Source of the DNA: Gammaproteobacteria bacterium
GTDB lineage: Bacteria > Pseudomonadota > Gammaproteobacteria > QZLD01
Assembly: GCA_033852135.1 (NCBI GenBank)
Contig: JAWSVB010000022.1
Location: 101,936-165,935 of the forward strand
Direction: 5' to 3'
DNA: 64,000 nt
Shown: positions 48,468 to 59,232 of the stretch, one piece after another
How positions within the stretch are numbered: the first letter of the stretch is position 1
How the letters are laid out: every line of letters starts with the position of its first letter
Made by a program: the position numbers and the translations under genes
Notes under the pieces: model-generated
What the model was told of the DNA's origin: nothing
The model's database searches: none
What the model saw: the letters and a program-made list of their open reading frames with translations, nothing else

Positions 48468-49868
48468 ATGGCCCACCTGGAAATATCAAAAATTTGGCAA
48501 GGGGAAATCAAATTAGGTGATAAAATCTCAATTAAAGGTTGGGTTAGGACTAGGCGTGATTCAAAGGCTGGTTTGTCATTTTTAGCTATCCACGATGGCT
48601 CCTGTTTTGACACAGTTCAAGTTGTTGCCTTAAATACTTTATCCAACTATGAAAACGATATAAAACGCTTAACTGCTGGGTGCTCAGTTGCAATAGATGG
48701 TGTTATCAAAGAGTCAGAGGGAAGTGGGCAGCAATACGAGATTGAGGCAGAAAAAATTGAGGTTATTGGTTGGGTGGAAAACCCAGATACATACCCTGTT
48801 TCTGCAAAACGTCATACACTTGAATACCTCAGGGAATATGCGCACCTAAGACCACGAACTAACATAATCGGTGCAGTTACAAGAGTTAGACATTGCCTAT
48901 CACAGGCGATACATAGCTTTTTCCATGAGAATGGGTTCTATTGGGTGCATACGCCTATAGTTACAGCAAGTGACTGTGAAGGTGCTGGGGAGATGTTTCA
49001 GGTCAGTACTTTAGATATAAATAATCCAGCAAGAACTGATTCCGGAGAAATTGACTATAGCAAAGATTTTTTTGGTAAAGAGGCATATCTAACAGTATCA
49101 GGTCAGTTAAACGTTGAGACGTATTGTTGTGCAATGTCAAAGGTGTATACATTTGGCCCAACATTTAGAGCTGAAAACTCAAATACAAGCAGGCATCTAT
49201 CTGAGTTTTGGATGATAGAACCAGAAGTTGCCTTTGCAGATCTTGATGATGTCGCTAAATTAGCTGAGCAAATGCTTAAGTATATTGCAGAAAGAGTATT
49301 AAAAGAGCGCAGAGATGATATGGAGTTTTTTGCGCAAAGGGTTGATAAAGAAGCTATTTCAAGGCTTGAAAAGTTGCTTAATTCTGACTTTGTTGAAATT
49401 GACTACAGCGAAGCAATAGATATTTTAGAAAAGTCAGAACAAGATTTTGAGTACGAGGTAAAGTGGGGAATTGATCTTCAGTCAGAGCATGAAAGGTATC
49501 TATGTGAGCAACACTTTGATGCTCCAGTGATAGTGAAAAACTATCCAAGGGATATAAAAGCATTTTACATGCGCCAAAATGATGATGGTAAAACCGTAGC
49601 AGCAATGGATGTCATAGCTCCTGGAATAGGCGAAATAATAGGTGGAAGCCAGCGAGAAGAGCGTTTAGATAAATTCGATGCCAGGCTTGATGAGATGGGG
49701 CTGAGTAAAGATGATTATTGGTGGTACCGAGATCTTAGGCGTTATGGAACTGTTCCGCATGCTGGGTTTGGGTTAGGGTTTGAGCGTTTGATCTCTTATG
49801 TTACTGGGGTGAAGAATGTGCGTGATGTTATTCCGTTTCCTAGAACTCCAGGCCACGCCAACTTCTAA
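48468..49868 (+). CDS. asnS: Asparagine--tRNA ligase
   Basis: N-terminal OB fold; class II motifs '[19 protein letters not shown]' and '[15 protein letters not shown]'; 466 aa. Confidence 0.93.
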   Translation: MAHLEISKIWQGEIKLGDKISIKGWVRTRRDSKAGLSFLAIHDGSCFDTVQVVALNTLSNYENDIKRLTAGCSVAIDGVIKESEGSGQQYEIEAEKIEVIGWVENPDTYPVSAKRHTLEYLREYAHLRPRTNIIGAVTRVRHCLSQAIHSFFHENGFYWVHTPIVTASDCEGAGEMFQVSTLDINNPARTDSGEIDYSKDFFGKEAYLTVSGQLNVETYCCAMSKVYTFGPTFRAENSNTSRHLSEFWMIEPEVAFADLDDVAKLAEQMLKYIAERVLKERRDDMEFFAQRVDKEAISRLEKLLNSDFVEIDYSEAIDILEKSEQDFEYEVKWGIDLQSEHERYLCEQHFDAPVIVKNYPRDIKAFYMRQNDDGKTVAAMDVIAPGIGEIIGGSQREERLDKFDARLDEMGLSKDDYWWYRDLRRYGTVPHAGFGLGFERLISYVTGVKNVRDVIPFPRTPGHANF

Positions 49869-50039
49869 ATTCTTGTTTATTTTCCCAATATCTGTGTTGC
49901 AACTCTGCCTTAGGTTGGTCATTTACTAGAAGTAAACTCCCACCCTAAGTGCTCGTTGCGCCTTGATCTTGAAAAAATATCCTGCGAATTAAAGTTCTTT
50001 ATTATTGTTTTTTACTTCACCATTTAATGGTGTTTCCTA

Positions 50040-50420
50040 ATCCACGATTCCGGTTGGTTTACACAGCCATTATCCTTCCTACGTAGAATAACGTCATATA
50101 TGGACTTGATCCGGGATCCAGCAAACGAACGTTTGCCGCGCAAAGCGCGAATCGCACATGAATTTCAAAAAACTAATTTCCCCCGGACAGCAGTGAGTTA
50201 AAGCAGGGACATGGATAACGCATGTGCCAAAGATACTAAAGAAAAGTATCTCGCCTATTGGTGCGAGAACCAAGTAAACAAAAAAATGTTTCTCGTTCCC
50301 ACGGTCTCCGTGGGAATGCATATTTCGTCTAGTGATAACCATGGTGGCAAGCCTATCTGTTTTCCCGATCTAATAACTAAAACATTTTCCACACGTGTGG
50401 AAAATTCATTCCTGATCGTA
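50040..50420. other. GC-rich, hairpin-dense non-coding island of unknown nature (possible structured ncRNA or degraded foreign element)
   Basis: No convincing ORF. At least five perfect or near-perfect stem-loops: CGCGCAAAGCGCG, GATACT-aaagaaa-AGTATC, CTCGC-ctattggtg-GCGAG, TTCCCACGG-tct-CCGTGGGAA, TTTTCCACACGTGTGGAAAA. Local GC is visibly higher than the flanks. Confidence 0.4.
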
Positions 50421-50643
50421 CCTGTGTAGTCTTAAAACAAACCAAACGGCATTTTAAAATGTGACAATATACCCATATTTGTCATGCGCTGTTTGGTAAA
50501 AGTGACAAAAAAAGTAACTCATTGTGATAACTGGTAATTGTTGACAGACAAAAGGGGGTAAAAGTCGTAAATTGGTTGGCACATATATTGATGACATATT
50601 TATTTATATAGTAAAAATCTCCGGAATAAAATTGGGGGCAGTT

Positions 50644-51099
50644 ATGAGTATGGATATGCAATACAGTACAAGTGTTAACTGTAAGAAAGAGAAAAAACTT
50701 GAAGCTGATTTTCAGCTTGCTTGCTGCTATCAATATGGGATAGACGGTGATGTATCCTTAAGTAAAGCCTTCTCACGTTATATGAAATGTGCCATGAGTG
50801 GTTACGCTCCAGCACAGAATGCCCTTGGTTTTTTATACCTTTCTGGAGAAGGGGTTGTAAAGGATGAGAAGCTTGCATTTAAATGGTTTCGATCAGCTGC
50901 AGATCAGAACTATCCTGCTGCGCTATTGAATATCAGTTATATGTATATCGATGGGGTTGGAACTGATATAGATATTCAGAAAGGACTAAACTGCATTTAT
51001 GCTGCAGCAAAAGGCGGGTGTGATGATGCCCGTATGACGCTTGAAAATAAAATTGCAGAGTGCATGAATATCGATATTGAAGCTATTTTTCATGGTTGA
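50644..51099 (+). CDS. Sel1-like repeat (TPR-family) protein
   Basis: ATG at 50644 after GGGGGCAGTT. Repeats 'AQNALGFLYLSGEGVVKDEKLAFKWFRSAADQNYPAALLNISYMY' are the Sel1 consensus. Confidence 0.7.
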   Translation: MSMDMQYSTSVNCKKEKKLEADFQLACCYQYGIDGDVSLSKAFSRYMKCAMSGYAPAQNALGFLYLSGEGVVKDEKLAFKWFRSAADQNYPAALLNISYMYIDGVGTDIDIQKGLNCIYAAAKGGCDDARMTLENKIAECMNIDIEAIFHG

Positions 51100-51117
51100 A
51101 ATATTGTGCGGTAAGTT

Positions 51118-51717
51118 TTAGCTTTCAGCGCTTGTGCCAAAGCAAATGGTCTCGTATCTCTCAACGTAAATATTATCTGACCAATAATTATGTGGCAGAC
51201 CTGCTTTCAACAATAGGTTTTGTAGGAACTCCTCTTTTTCTGGCAGTGACTCCCAGACAGATGGTAGAAATGTCCCACGCTTGAATCCTTCAGAAAGAAT
51301 TAGTCCATCAACTCCTGGCCTTATTTGTTCCAATAAATTTGCTCTATCTTTAAATATTATTGGCTCTGGTGGAGTAAGAATCGATATATCTATTTCAAGT
51401 TGGTTTAGCTCTTCTGCCTTTAGTTGTGGGAACCGTGGGTCGTTAAAAGCTGATGAGTAGGCGTTTTCTGCGATATCTATTACAAGTGGATGGTGGGCAA
51501 TAAGGGAACCGATACACCCTCTTAGTTGCTTATTTTTATGTAGAGTTACAAAAGTTGCTAATTGTTCTGTTAGTTTATCGTTATAACTATCTAAATTAAC
51601 CTGAAATGGTTTTCCAAGTTCTAACCCATTTTCTATAGATTGTTTTGCAAGATTAAGTAGCCTGCTTTTTTCATCATCAGTGTAATTATTCAAAGGTATA
51701 TGCTCCATATCCAACAA
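51118..51717 (-). CDS. AMMECR1 domain protein (AmmeMemoRadiSam system protein A)
   Basis: 'LRGCIGSL' is the hallmark AMMECR1 motif; 199 aa. Overlaps the upstream MEMO1-like gene by ~30 nt. Confidence 0.85.
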   Translation of the reverse strand: MLDMEHIPLNNYTDDEKSRLLNLAKQSIENGLELGKPFQVNLDSYNDKLTEQLATFVTLHKNKQLRGCIGSLIAHHPLVIDIAENAYSSAFNDPRFPQLKAEELNQLEIDISILTPPEPIIFKDRANLLEQIRPGVDGLILSEGFKRGTFLPSVWESLPEKEEFLQNLLLKAGLPHNYWSDNIYVERYETICFGTSAES

Positions 51718-52474
51718 CGCTATCTTTAGTTCCTGATGTATCGCCCGAGTTGTTTATTTGAATTTTTTTTGCAGTCCAATTTCGCTGCCTTGCTACTTCT
51801 AATAACACATTTATTGCATGGCATCCGCAGGCTTCTTTTCCGGCTATAGCTGATTTGTTTAAAGATAATATTTTTTCACTGGTGCAATTGTCTATTTCAA
51901 CTGCTTCATCATAACTGTGAAAATGGCTTAGATCAGAACTTACGATTGTTATCGTATTTTTATCATCAATTATTCTGGATAGTGCGTTTGCAGCACTAAC
52001 ATAGTCGGTATCACTTATTAGGATAGGAATTATTGAGAACTCTTTATTGGTGATACTTTGTAAAAATGGCAATTGGGTTTCTAGGCTATGTTCGTGTAGA
52101 TGAGCTGCATCATTAAAGTTGAAATCTGGTATGGAGCATAATTGATTTATTGTTTGCTTATCTAATGGGATATTTCCTAGGGGGGTATTAAAAAAATCTG
52201 CATGACTTAATGCCATACCGTTAAATCCAACCCTGTGCGTTGGGCCGAGTAATAAAACTCTAGAAAATGGAATGTCATTAAGTATTGAGTATACAGAGGC
52301 TGCAACTTCCCCTGAATAAATGTAGCCAGCGTGTGGTGCGATGATGGCTTTAGGGTGGGGTGGATTAGTATCTTTGTTGGTTCTTTGTAGTAGCTTTTTA
52401 ATGAGTAACTCAAGTTCTAATTTTGAGCTTGGATAAAAGCTACCAGATACTGCAGGAACTCTAATTATTGGCAT
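51686..52474 (-). CDS. MEMO1 family protein (AmmeMemoRadiSam system protein B)
   Basis: 'IIAPHAGYIYSGEVAASVYS' and 'LLLGPTH' are MEMO1/extradiol-dioxygenase-class-III-like motifs; 262 aa. Confidence 0.82.
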   Translation of the reverse strand: MPIIRVPAVSGSFYPSSKLELELLIKKLLQRTNKDTNPPHPKAIIAPHAGYIYSGEVAASVYSILNDIPFSRVLLLGPTHRVGFNGMALSHADFFNTPLGNIPLDKQTINQLCSIPDFNFNDAAHLHEHSLETQLPFLQSITNKEFSIIPILISDTDYVSAANALSRIIDDKNTITIVSSDLSHFHSYDEAVEIDNCTSEKILSLNKSAIAGKEACGCHAINVLLEVARQRNWTAKKIQINNSGDTSGTKDSVVGYGAYTFE

Positions 52475-52637
52475 AATATATATGTCCTAGCTGAATTTTT
52501 CGTATTTAAGAAGTATAGTTTTATTATTGAGGTATTCAAATAATGCCCTCAGTATGGACAACTGGTGAGATAAAAAATAAATTCGCACTATTCTTATATG
52601 AATGGATTCATAGTTTTATGTGTCAGGAGGATTGTTT

Positions 52638-53693
52638 GTGCAGACTAAATATTGGCATAAAAGGGATGATGGTAAAGTTTGTTGTGATCTTTGTCCGCGA
52701 TATTGTGTATTAAAAACTGGTCAACGTGGGTTTTGCTTTATACGGGAGAATATAAACTCGGAAATGGTTTTAACCTCTTATGGTAAATCAACAGGGTTCT
52801 GTATCGATCCAGTAGAGAAAAAACCACTGAATCATTTTTTCCCAGGAACTCCAGTTTTATCCTTTGGGACAGCCGGTTGTAATTTGGGTTGTAAGTTTTG
52901 TCAAAATTGGGATATCAGTAAATCGCATGAAGAATTGATTCTTTCAGCTAAAGCATCTCCTGAGGAGATTGCTCACGTTGCAAAAGGGTATAAGTGTAAG
53001 AGTGTAGCTTTTACTTATAATGATCCGGTGATATTTCATGAGTATGCTGTAGATACTGCAATAGCTTGTAGGGAGAATGGAGTAAAGGCAATAGCCGTTA
53101 CCGCAGGGTATATTAACCCTGAACCACGTAAAGATTTTTTTGCTGCTATGGATGCTGCAAATATCGATCTTAAGGGGTTTACAGATGAATTTTATAAAAA
53201 CTATACAAACGCTCACTTAGCAAATGTGCTCGATACTTTGCAATATGTAAAACATGAAACCAATACTTGGTTAGAAATTACTAACTTATTGATACCCGAT
53301 GCCAATGATTCTTCAGCTGAAATAGAGCAAATGACAAAATGGATATATGAAAATTTGGGGGGGGATGTGCCGCTTCATTTTTCTGCATTTCACCCTGCAT
53401 TTCAAATGATGGACGGCCAGCGTACTCCACCATCCACCTTGTTTAAAGCAAGGGATATTGCGTTAAAGAATGGGATTAAATATGTATATACAGGCAATAT
53501 AGCTGATACAGCTAGTACCAGTACATATTGTGATAATTGTGGCGAGTTGTTAATAGAAAGAGAGTCTTATGAGATAAGTAAATGGTCTATGATGTCTGGG
53601 GCAAGATGTTCAAAATGTAATAATGAAATTCCAGGGTATTTTGAAGATAGACCAGGAAAGTGGGGGAATAAAAGCGCGCCGATTAAGTTTTGA
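52638..53693 (+). CDS. AmmeMemoRadiSam system radical SAM enzyme (PFL-activase-like)
   Basis: GTG at 52638 sits 7 nt after a perfect AGGAGG (the listed ORF starts at an upstream GTG at 52620). CxxxCxxC 'CNLGCKFC'. N-terminal Cys cluster 'CCDLCPRYC' and C-terminal 'CDNCG...CSKC'. Confidence 0.85.
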   Translation: MQTKYWHKRDDGKVCCDLCPRYCVLKTGQRGFCFIRENINSEMVLTSYGKSTGFCIDPVEKKPLNHFFPGTPVLSFGTAGCNLGCKFCQNWDISKSHEELILSAKASPEEIAHVAKGYKCKSVAFTYNDPVIFHEYAVDTAIACRENGVKAIAVTAGYINPEPRKDFFAAMDAANIDLKGFTDEFYKNYTNAHLANVLDTLQYVKHETNTWLEITNLLIPDANDSSAEIEQMTKWIYENLGGDVPLHFSAFHPAFQMMDGQRTPPSTLFKARDIALKNGIKYVYTGNIADTASTSTYCDNCGELLIERESYEISKWSMMSGARCSKCNNEIPGYFEDRPGKWGNKSAPIKF

Positions 53694-53794
53694 ATTTCAA
53701 GGTGATAAATATTGATTAATATTTAAGCCGTTAGCACTGAAAATTATTTAAACTAATAATTATCGGAGTGTGAACGGCTTAAATGATATTTCGC

Positions 53795-54013
53795 TTAAAC
53801 TGACTCTACAGATTCAACTTCAGGTACCATCTCTTTTACAACTCTTTCAACACCGTTTTTAAGTGTTACGTTAGCCATAGGGCAGCATGAACAAGCGCCT
53901 TGAAGTCTAACTTTTACAATATTGCCATCAATTTCAACCAGCTCAACATCACCGCCGTCTGCTTGTAGGCTTGGTCTAATTTTCTCTAAAGCTTCTTCAA
54001 CTCTTTCTTTCAT
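53795..54013 (-). CDS. NifU C-terminal-domain (Nfu-type) Fe-S cluster carrier protein
   Basis: 72 aa; 'ADGGDVELVEIDGNIVKVRLQGACSCCPMA' carries the Nfu CxxC motif. Confidence 0.8.
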   Translation of the reverse strand: MKERVEEALEKIRPSLQADGGDVELVEIDGNIVKVRLQGACSCCPMANVTLKNGVERVVKEMVPEVESVESV

Positions 54014-54150
54014 CGATAATTACCTAATAGTTGACTAATATAGTGAGGATTATATTTTAAAAAATCATAAAATGCTATTTATTGCTTAAAAATGCAATAT
54101 TCTCTATTCTTCAAAGCCACTAAATATTCAAAGCATATTAAGAGGTATCT

Positions 54151-55332
54151 ATGGTTACTATCGGCACACCACTTTCAAAGACAGCTACTAAAGTAATGAT
54201 GCTTGGTTCGGGAGAGCTAGGTAAAGAGGTAGTCATTGAGCTACAGCGTTTAGGTGTTGAGGTGATTGCAGTCGATAGATATGAAAATGCACCAGCTATG
54301 CAGGTTGCTCATAAATCATATGTGGTCTCTATGCTTGATGGTGGGGCAATACGCGAGATTATTGAGAAAGAGCAGCCAGCTTTTATTGTCCCAGAGATTG
54401 AGGCAATAGCGACTGATACCCTGGTAGAGCTTGAAAACGAGGGATTTAATGTTATTCCAACTGCGCGAGCAGCACAGCTTACAATGAATCGTGAGGGGAT
54501 TAGGAGGTTAGCTGCAGAAGAACTTGGTTTAACCACGTCCCCATATAAATTTGCTGTAAGTAAAGAAGAGTATGTAAACGCTGTAGATGAAGTTGGAATA
54601 CCTTGTGTGGTAAAACCAATAATGAGTTCCTCGGGTAAAGGGCAGTCGGTTATTAAAACAGCTGCTGATATTGATAAATCGTGGGAATATGCTCAAGAGG
54701 GGGGGAGAGCAGGAAAAGGGAAGGTTATCGTTGAAGGGTTTGTTGACTTTGACTATGAGATTACCTTATTAACAGTAAGACATGCTTCCGGTATCTCATT
54801 TTGCGATCCTATTGGGCATGTGCAGGAATCCGGGGATTATCAACAATCATGGCAGCCTCAGCCTATGAGTGATAAAGCTTTAACTGCAGCAAAAGATATG
54901 GCTGCTAAAGTAACTGATAGTTTAGGTGGAAGAGGAATATTTGGAGTTGAGTTTTTTGTTAAAGATGACGATGTGTTTTTTAGTGAGATATCTCCTCGTC
55001 CACATGACACAGGTATGGTTACTCTAATCTCGCAAAACTTATCTGAATTTGCATTACATGCTAGAGCAATACTGGGACTACCTATTCCTACAATAAAAGT
55101 GCACTCTCCATCCGCATCAAGTGTGATACTGGTTGAAGGTAATAGTACCAGCCCTGAATTTTCTAATTTGCAAGAAGCTATTTCTGAACCAGATACAGAT
55201 TTTAGACTGTTTGGTAAGCCAGAAATCCCAGGAAAGAGACGGATGGGAGTGGTGTTAGCAAGTGATAGCAGTATTGCAAAAGCACTAGAAAAAGCTAAAC
55301 GAGGTTCATCTAAAGTGGTTGTTAAACTGTAA
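54151..55332 (+). CDS. purT: Formate-dependent phosphoribosylglycinamide formyltransferase (GAR transformylase 2)
   Basis: ATP-grasp with the PurT N-terminus '[32 protein letters not shown]'; 393 aa. Confidence 0.9.
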   Translation: MVTIGTPLSKTATKVMMLGSGELGKEVVIELQRLGVEVIAVDRYENAPAMQVAHKSYVVSMLDGGAIREIIEKEQPAFIVPEIEAIATDTLVELENEGFNVIPTARAAQLTMNREGIRRLAAEELGLTTSPYKFAVSKEEYVNAVDEVGIPCVVKPIMSSSGKGQSVIKTAADIDKSWEYAQEGGRAGKGKVIVEGFVDFDYEITLLTVRHASGISFCDPIGHVQESGDYQQSWQPQPMSDKALTAAKDMAAKVTDSLGGRGIFGVEFFVKDDDVFFSEISPRPHDTGMVTLISQNLSEFALHARAILGLPIPTIKVHSPSASSVILVEGNSTSPEFSNLQEAISEPDTDFRLFGKPEIPGKRRMGVVLASDSSIAKALEKAKRGSSKVVVKL

Positions 55333-55549
55333 TCAAGGTTTTACTATTTTCTTATCTCTAGATAAATTGGTGTATTGAGGGTATTCTTCTGATACGGTGA
55401 TTTATGTGGTTTATATTAGCACTATCTGTTATTGTGTTTTGCAACTTCATCAATGGTCGATGATATCTGTCTTTATTCATGATTTCTGAGTAAATCCTGC
55501 TATTCTTTAGATAGATTTATGGGTAATTAAATTGTGGTAATATTTTTTT

Positions 55550-56191
55550 ATGATTAAAGTTCTATTGGTAGATGATCATCAGCTGGTCAGATCAGGGATT
55601 AATAGAATTCTTCAAGATGCTGAAGGTATTAGCGTAATTGGAGAAGCTAGTAGTGGCGAAGAAGCAATTACTATTACCAGGGAGATTGGCCCTGATGTAG
55701 TGTTGATGGATGTTAGTATGCCAGGTATAGGTGGTATTGAAGCAACCAGAAAATTACTACGAGTTAATGAGAAAATAAAAATTATTGCATTGACCGTTTA
55801 TGCAGGTGAACCATACCCAACTAGTCTTTTAGAAGCAGGAGCATCAGGTTACTTGACCAAAGGGTGTGACGTTTCTGAAATTGTTAATGCAATTAATACC
55901 GTGATGCGTGGAGAGCGCTACCTTGGTAAAGATGTTGCGCAGCAAATGGCTCTTTCCGCACTTCCTGGTGGTAAAAAGAATCCTTTTGATAAGCTGTCTC
56001 AGCGTGAAGTACAAGTTATGCTGATGATAACTCAAGGAAAGAAGCTGCAGGATATCTCTGATAAGCTGTGCTTAAGTCCAAAAACAGTTAGCACCTATCG
56101 TTACAGGATTTATGAAAAGCTTGATGTAGATAATGATGTTGAGCTTACCCATTTGGCTATTCGTCATGGAATGGTCGATAACATTCAGTAA
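55550..56191 (+). CDS. uvrY: GacA/UvrY-type response regulator (receiver + LuxR HTH)
   Basis: 'IKVLLVDDHQLVRSG...VVLMDVSMPG'. C-terminal HTH 'LSQREVQVMLMITQGKKLQDISDKLCLSPKTVSTYRYRIYEKL'. Position immediately upstream of uvrC. Confidence 0.9.
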   Translation: MIKVLLVDDHQLVRSGINRILQDAEGISVIGEASSGEEAITITREIGPDVVLMDVSMPGIGGIEATRKLLRVNEKIKIIALTVYAGEPYPTSLLEAGASGYLTKGCDVSEIVNAINTVMRGERYLGKDVAQQMALSALPGGKKNPFDKLSQREVQVMLMITQGKKLQDISDKLCLSPKTVSTYRYRIYEKLDVDNDVELTHLAIRHGMVDNIQ

Positions 56192-56450
56192 CCAGCCATT
56201 TTTTCTATCCCAATAATGTTTTCTATGGCTTGCCTCTTTGGTGGTTAGGCAGTGTTTTGCCTATAGTATTGGTATCTTAATGCTTCTTTGTTTAGGTTGT
56301 GCGTTAGAAATTAATGCTTTATTAGCCTGCAAAAATTTTTAATCTATTTGAAAAGAATAATGGCTGTTCCTAAAAATTTGGAATGCAGCGTTTTGTCCGC
56401 TATTTTTTCGGAGTATAGTATTAAAATTATTGAAATAAGGTAGTAGATAA

Positions 56451-58262
56451 TTGTTCGATTCTAAAGAGTTTCTTAATCGCGTAACCGAGCTTCCTGGCGT
56501 ATACCGTATGCTTGATGCAAAAGGTAAGGTTATCTATGTAGGTAAGGCAAAAAACCTTAAGAAACGTCTTTCAAGCTATTTTTCTAATGCAAATATCCCG
56601 ATAAAAACTAGATCTCTGGTAGCTAATCTTGCCGATATTAAAGTTATTACAACTAATACCGAGAATGAAGCTTTAATTCTTGAGAACAGACTCATTAAAG
56701 AGCTTAGGCCGCGTTATAATATCTTGCTTCGAGATGACAAAAGTTATCCTTATATCCATTTAACTGCACATGAATTTCCACGTTTAGTTTATCACCGGGG
56801 TGGTAAAAAAGGCGGGGGGCAATTCTTTGGTCCTTTTTCTAGTCCAAAGGCAGTTTCAGAAACATTGAGACATCTGCAAAGGATTTTTAAAAACAGGCAG
56901 TGTTCAGACTCATATTTTGCTAACCGTTCCCGCCCATGTTTACAGTTTCAAATTAATCGCTGCAGCGCTCCTTGCGTTGGAAATATCGATAAAGAGAAGT
57001 ATCAAGTAAATATTGATAATGCAGTTTTATTTCTACAGGGAAAGAATAATGAGTTAATTGATAAGCTGGTTGTTGAGATGGAGCAGGCTTCAAAAAACCT
57101 AGATTTCGAGGCTGCAGCTCATGCTAGAGATACAATATCCTTGCTGCGCCACGTTTTAGAAAAACAGGTTGTTGAGGGGGAGAAAGGTGATTTAGATGTT
57201 ATTGCTCTTGAGCGTACTCCAGAGCTGTCTGTAGTTGAGGTGTTTTTTATCAGAGCTGGTCAAAATCAAGGTAATAGATCATTTACCCCAAAGGTACCAC
57301 CAGAAACTGATGATGCAGAGTTGATGGCATCATTTATTTCGCAGTTTTATCTAGAAAAAGATGTTCCTGCTGAGATTGTTGTCTCCCATATACCAGAAGA
57401 CAAAGGATTGCTTGAGTCTGTTCTTTCAGAAACGCGAGGGAAAGATGTTTCAATTGTTACTAATGTGAGGGGGCAGAGAAGGGAGTGGTTGGATTTCACT
57501 GTTAAGAATGCAAGAAATGCCTTAGATAGCCATATAAATAGTAAAGCAAATATGGAAGCAAGGTACCAGTCACTGGTTGAAGAGCTTGGGTTAGATAGAT
57601 CCCCTAGCAGGATAGAGTGTTTTGATATAAGTCATTCACTGGGAGAAGATACTGTAGCGTCTTGTGTTGTTTTTGATTCAAGTGGCCCTTTGAATAGTGC
57701 TTATCGAAAATTTAATATCGAGGGTATAACTGCTGGTGATGATTACGCTGCGATGGAGCAGGCTATACGTAGAAGATATTCAAGAGTAGTAAAAGAGAAT
57801 GGAGTGTTACCTGATATTTTACTTATTGATGGTGGAAAAGGGCAGTTAGGTAGGGCTATTGAGGTTATTGATGAACTGAATATTAAAGATGTTCTAATTG
57901 TTGGAATAGCGAAAGGCGAGGGGCGTAGGCCAGGATTGGAGAAAATTATTATTCCCAGTAAAAACAGAGAATTTATGCTACCATCCTCTACGCTGGCTTT
58001 ACATTTATTGCAGCATGTTAGGGATGAGGCGCATAGATTTGCACTAGCAGGTCATAGAAATCGAATCGGTAAGAAGAAGTCTCGCTCAGTTCTAGAGGAT
58101 ATTCCTGGCTTAGGCCCTAAAAGGCGCCAAATGTTGTTAAAACAGTTTGGTGGAATACAAGGGCTTTCTAAGGCTGGAGTGGCAGATATTCAAAAAATTA
58201 AAGGTGTTAGTAAGGCGATGGCTCAGGAAATATATGTAATGTTTCATAGTGAGGTTAAGTGA
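56451..58262 (+). CDS. uvrC: Excinuclease ABC subunit C
   Basis: GIY-YIG 'PGVYRMLDAKGKVIYVGKAKNLKKRLSSYF' (near-identical to E. coli). C-terminal HhH. TTG start at 56451. Confidence 0.93.
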   Translation: MFDSKEFLNRVTELPGVYRMLDAKGKVIYVGKAKNLKKRLSSYFSNANIPIKTRSLVANLADIKVITTNTENEALILENRLIKELRPRYNILLRDDKSYPYIHLTAHEFPRLVYHRGGKKGGGQFFGPFSSPKAVSETLRHLQRIFKNRQCSDSYFANRSRPCLQFQINRCSAPCVGNIDKEKYQVNIDNAVLFLQGKNNELIDKLVVEMEQASKNLDFEAAAHARDTISLLRHVLEKQVVEGEKGDLDVIALERTPELSVVEVFFIRAGQNQGNRSFTPKVPPETDDAELMASFISQFYLEKDVPAEIVVSHIPEDKGLLESVLSETRGKDVSIVTNVRGQRREWLDFTVKNARNALDSHINSKANMEARYQSLVEELGLDRSPSRIECFDISHSLGEDTVASCVVFDSSGPLNSAYRKFNIEGITAGDDYAAMEQAIRRRYSRVVKENGVLPDILLIDGGKGQLGRAIEVIDELNIKDVLIVGIAKGEGRRPGLEKIIIPSKNREFMLPSSTLALHLLQHVRDEAHRFALAGHRNRIGKKKSRSVLEDIPGLGPKRRQMLLKQFGGIQGLSKAGVADIQKIKGVSKAMAQEIYVMFHSEVK

Positions 58263-58861
58263 TGCAGTGGAATATACCAAATACACTGACAGTTATTAGG
58301 ATAGTATTAATACCGTTTCTGATGGTGAGTTTTTTTGCTCTTCCACATCCCTGGTCTAATTGGGTCAGCTTTGGGATTTTTTGGTTTGCTTCGGTTACGG
58401 ATTGGTTTGATGGGTATTTAGCGCGTAAATTGAATCAGACATCTCCATTTGGAGCATTTCTTGATCCAGTTGCTGATAAGTTAATGGTTGCTGTAGCATT
58501 GATCTGTGTAGTGATTCAGTCACCTAGTGTATATTTTGCTATTCCAGCAGCGATTATTATCGGTAGAGAGATCACCATATCAGCTTTAAGAGAGTGGATG
58601 GCTGGTTTGGGAATGAGCAATAAGGTTGCAGTTTCTATCCTGGGTAAAATTAAAACCTCTGTGCAGATGCTTTCAATAATGTTTCTTCTTTTTAACTACC
58701 AGCTATTTTCTCTTACTCAGGAACAGGTCTATATAGTAGGTACTGTACTATTATATATCGCAGCAGTGTTAACTATTGTATCAATGCTCTCATATTTGAG
58801 AGCAGCTTTTGCAATCGATTTTACAAAAACTGAAACTGATGGCGATATATCAGGTAAATGA
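58262..58861 (+). CDS. pgsA: CDP-diacylglycerol--glycerol-3-phosphate 3-phosphatidyltransferase
   Basis: 'MQWNIPNTLTVIRIVLIPF' is parallel to E. coli 'MQFNIPTLLTLFRVILIPF'. CDP-alcohol motif 'DWFDGYLAR...GAFLDPVADK'. ATG overlaps the uvrC stop. Confidence 0.92.
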   Translation: MQWNIPNTLTVIRIVLIPFLMVSFFALPHPWSNWVSFGIFWFASVTDWFDGYLARKLNQTSPFGAFLDPVADKLMVAVALICVVIQSPSVYFAIPAAIIIGREITISALREWMAGLGMSNKVAVSILGKIKTSVQMLSIMFLLFNYQLFSLTQEQVYIVGTVLLYIAAVLTIVSMLSYLRAAFAIDFTKTETDGDISGK

Positions 58862-58996
58862 AAGATTCTGAGTAAACAAACAGTTGTAAAACTTTTGTAA
58901 CAATAGGGTTGCTTCAAAGGAAAAAATTATAAAATAATGGTGTTGAAAAGCTTGACACAAAGGCGATTCTGACTAAAATACACCACATGAATTGAC

Positions 58997-59072
<76 letters not shown>

Positions 59073-59153
59073 ATATTCAAAGGCCCTGGTAAATCCAGGG
59101 TTTTTTAGTATAGAAGTTTATTTAAGGTTTATACTGAAACTGCACCAACTCAA

Positions 59154-59227
59154 GGCTAGGTAGCAAAGTGGTTATGCAGCGGCCTGCAAAGCCGTAGACG
59201 CCGGTTCGATTCCGGCTCTAGCCTCCA
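59154..59227 (+). tRNA. tRNA-Cys (anticodon GCA)
   Basis: GGCTAGGTAGCAAAGTGG...CCTGCAAAG...GGTTCGATTCCGGCTCTAGCCTCCA. Confidence 0.9.
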
Positions 59228-59232
59228 AATTC

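Noticed and set aside
50040-50420. The hairpin-rich island considered as a CRISPR array, tmRNA, RNase P RNA or retron msr/msd.
   Set aside because: No repeated spacers or repeats; none of the conserved tmRNA tag or T-arm sequences, RNase P 'GGAAAGUCCGG' or SRP motifs are present; no reverse transcriptase gene is adjacent. It is kept only as an unassigned structured region.
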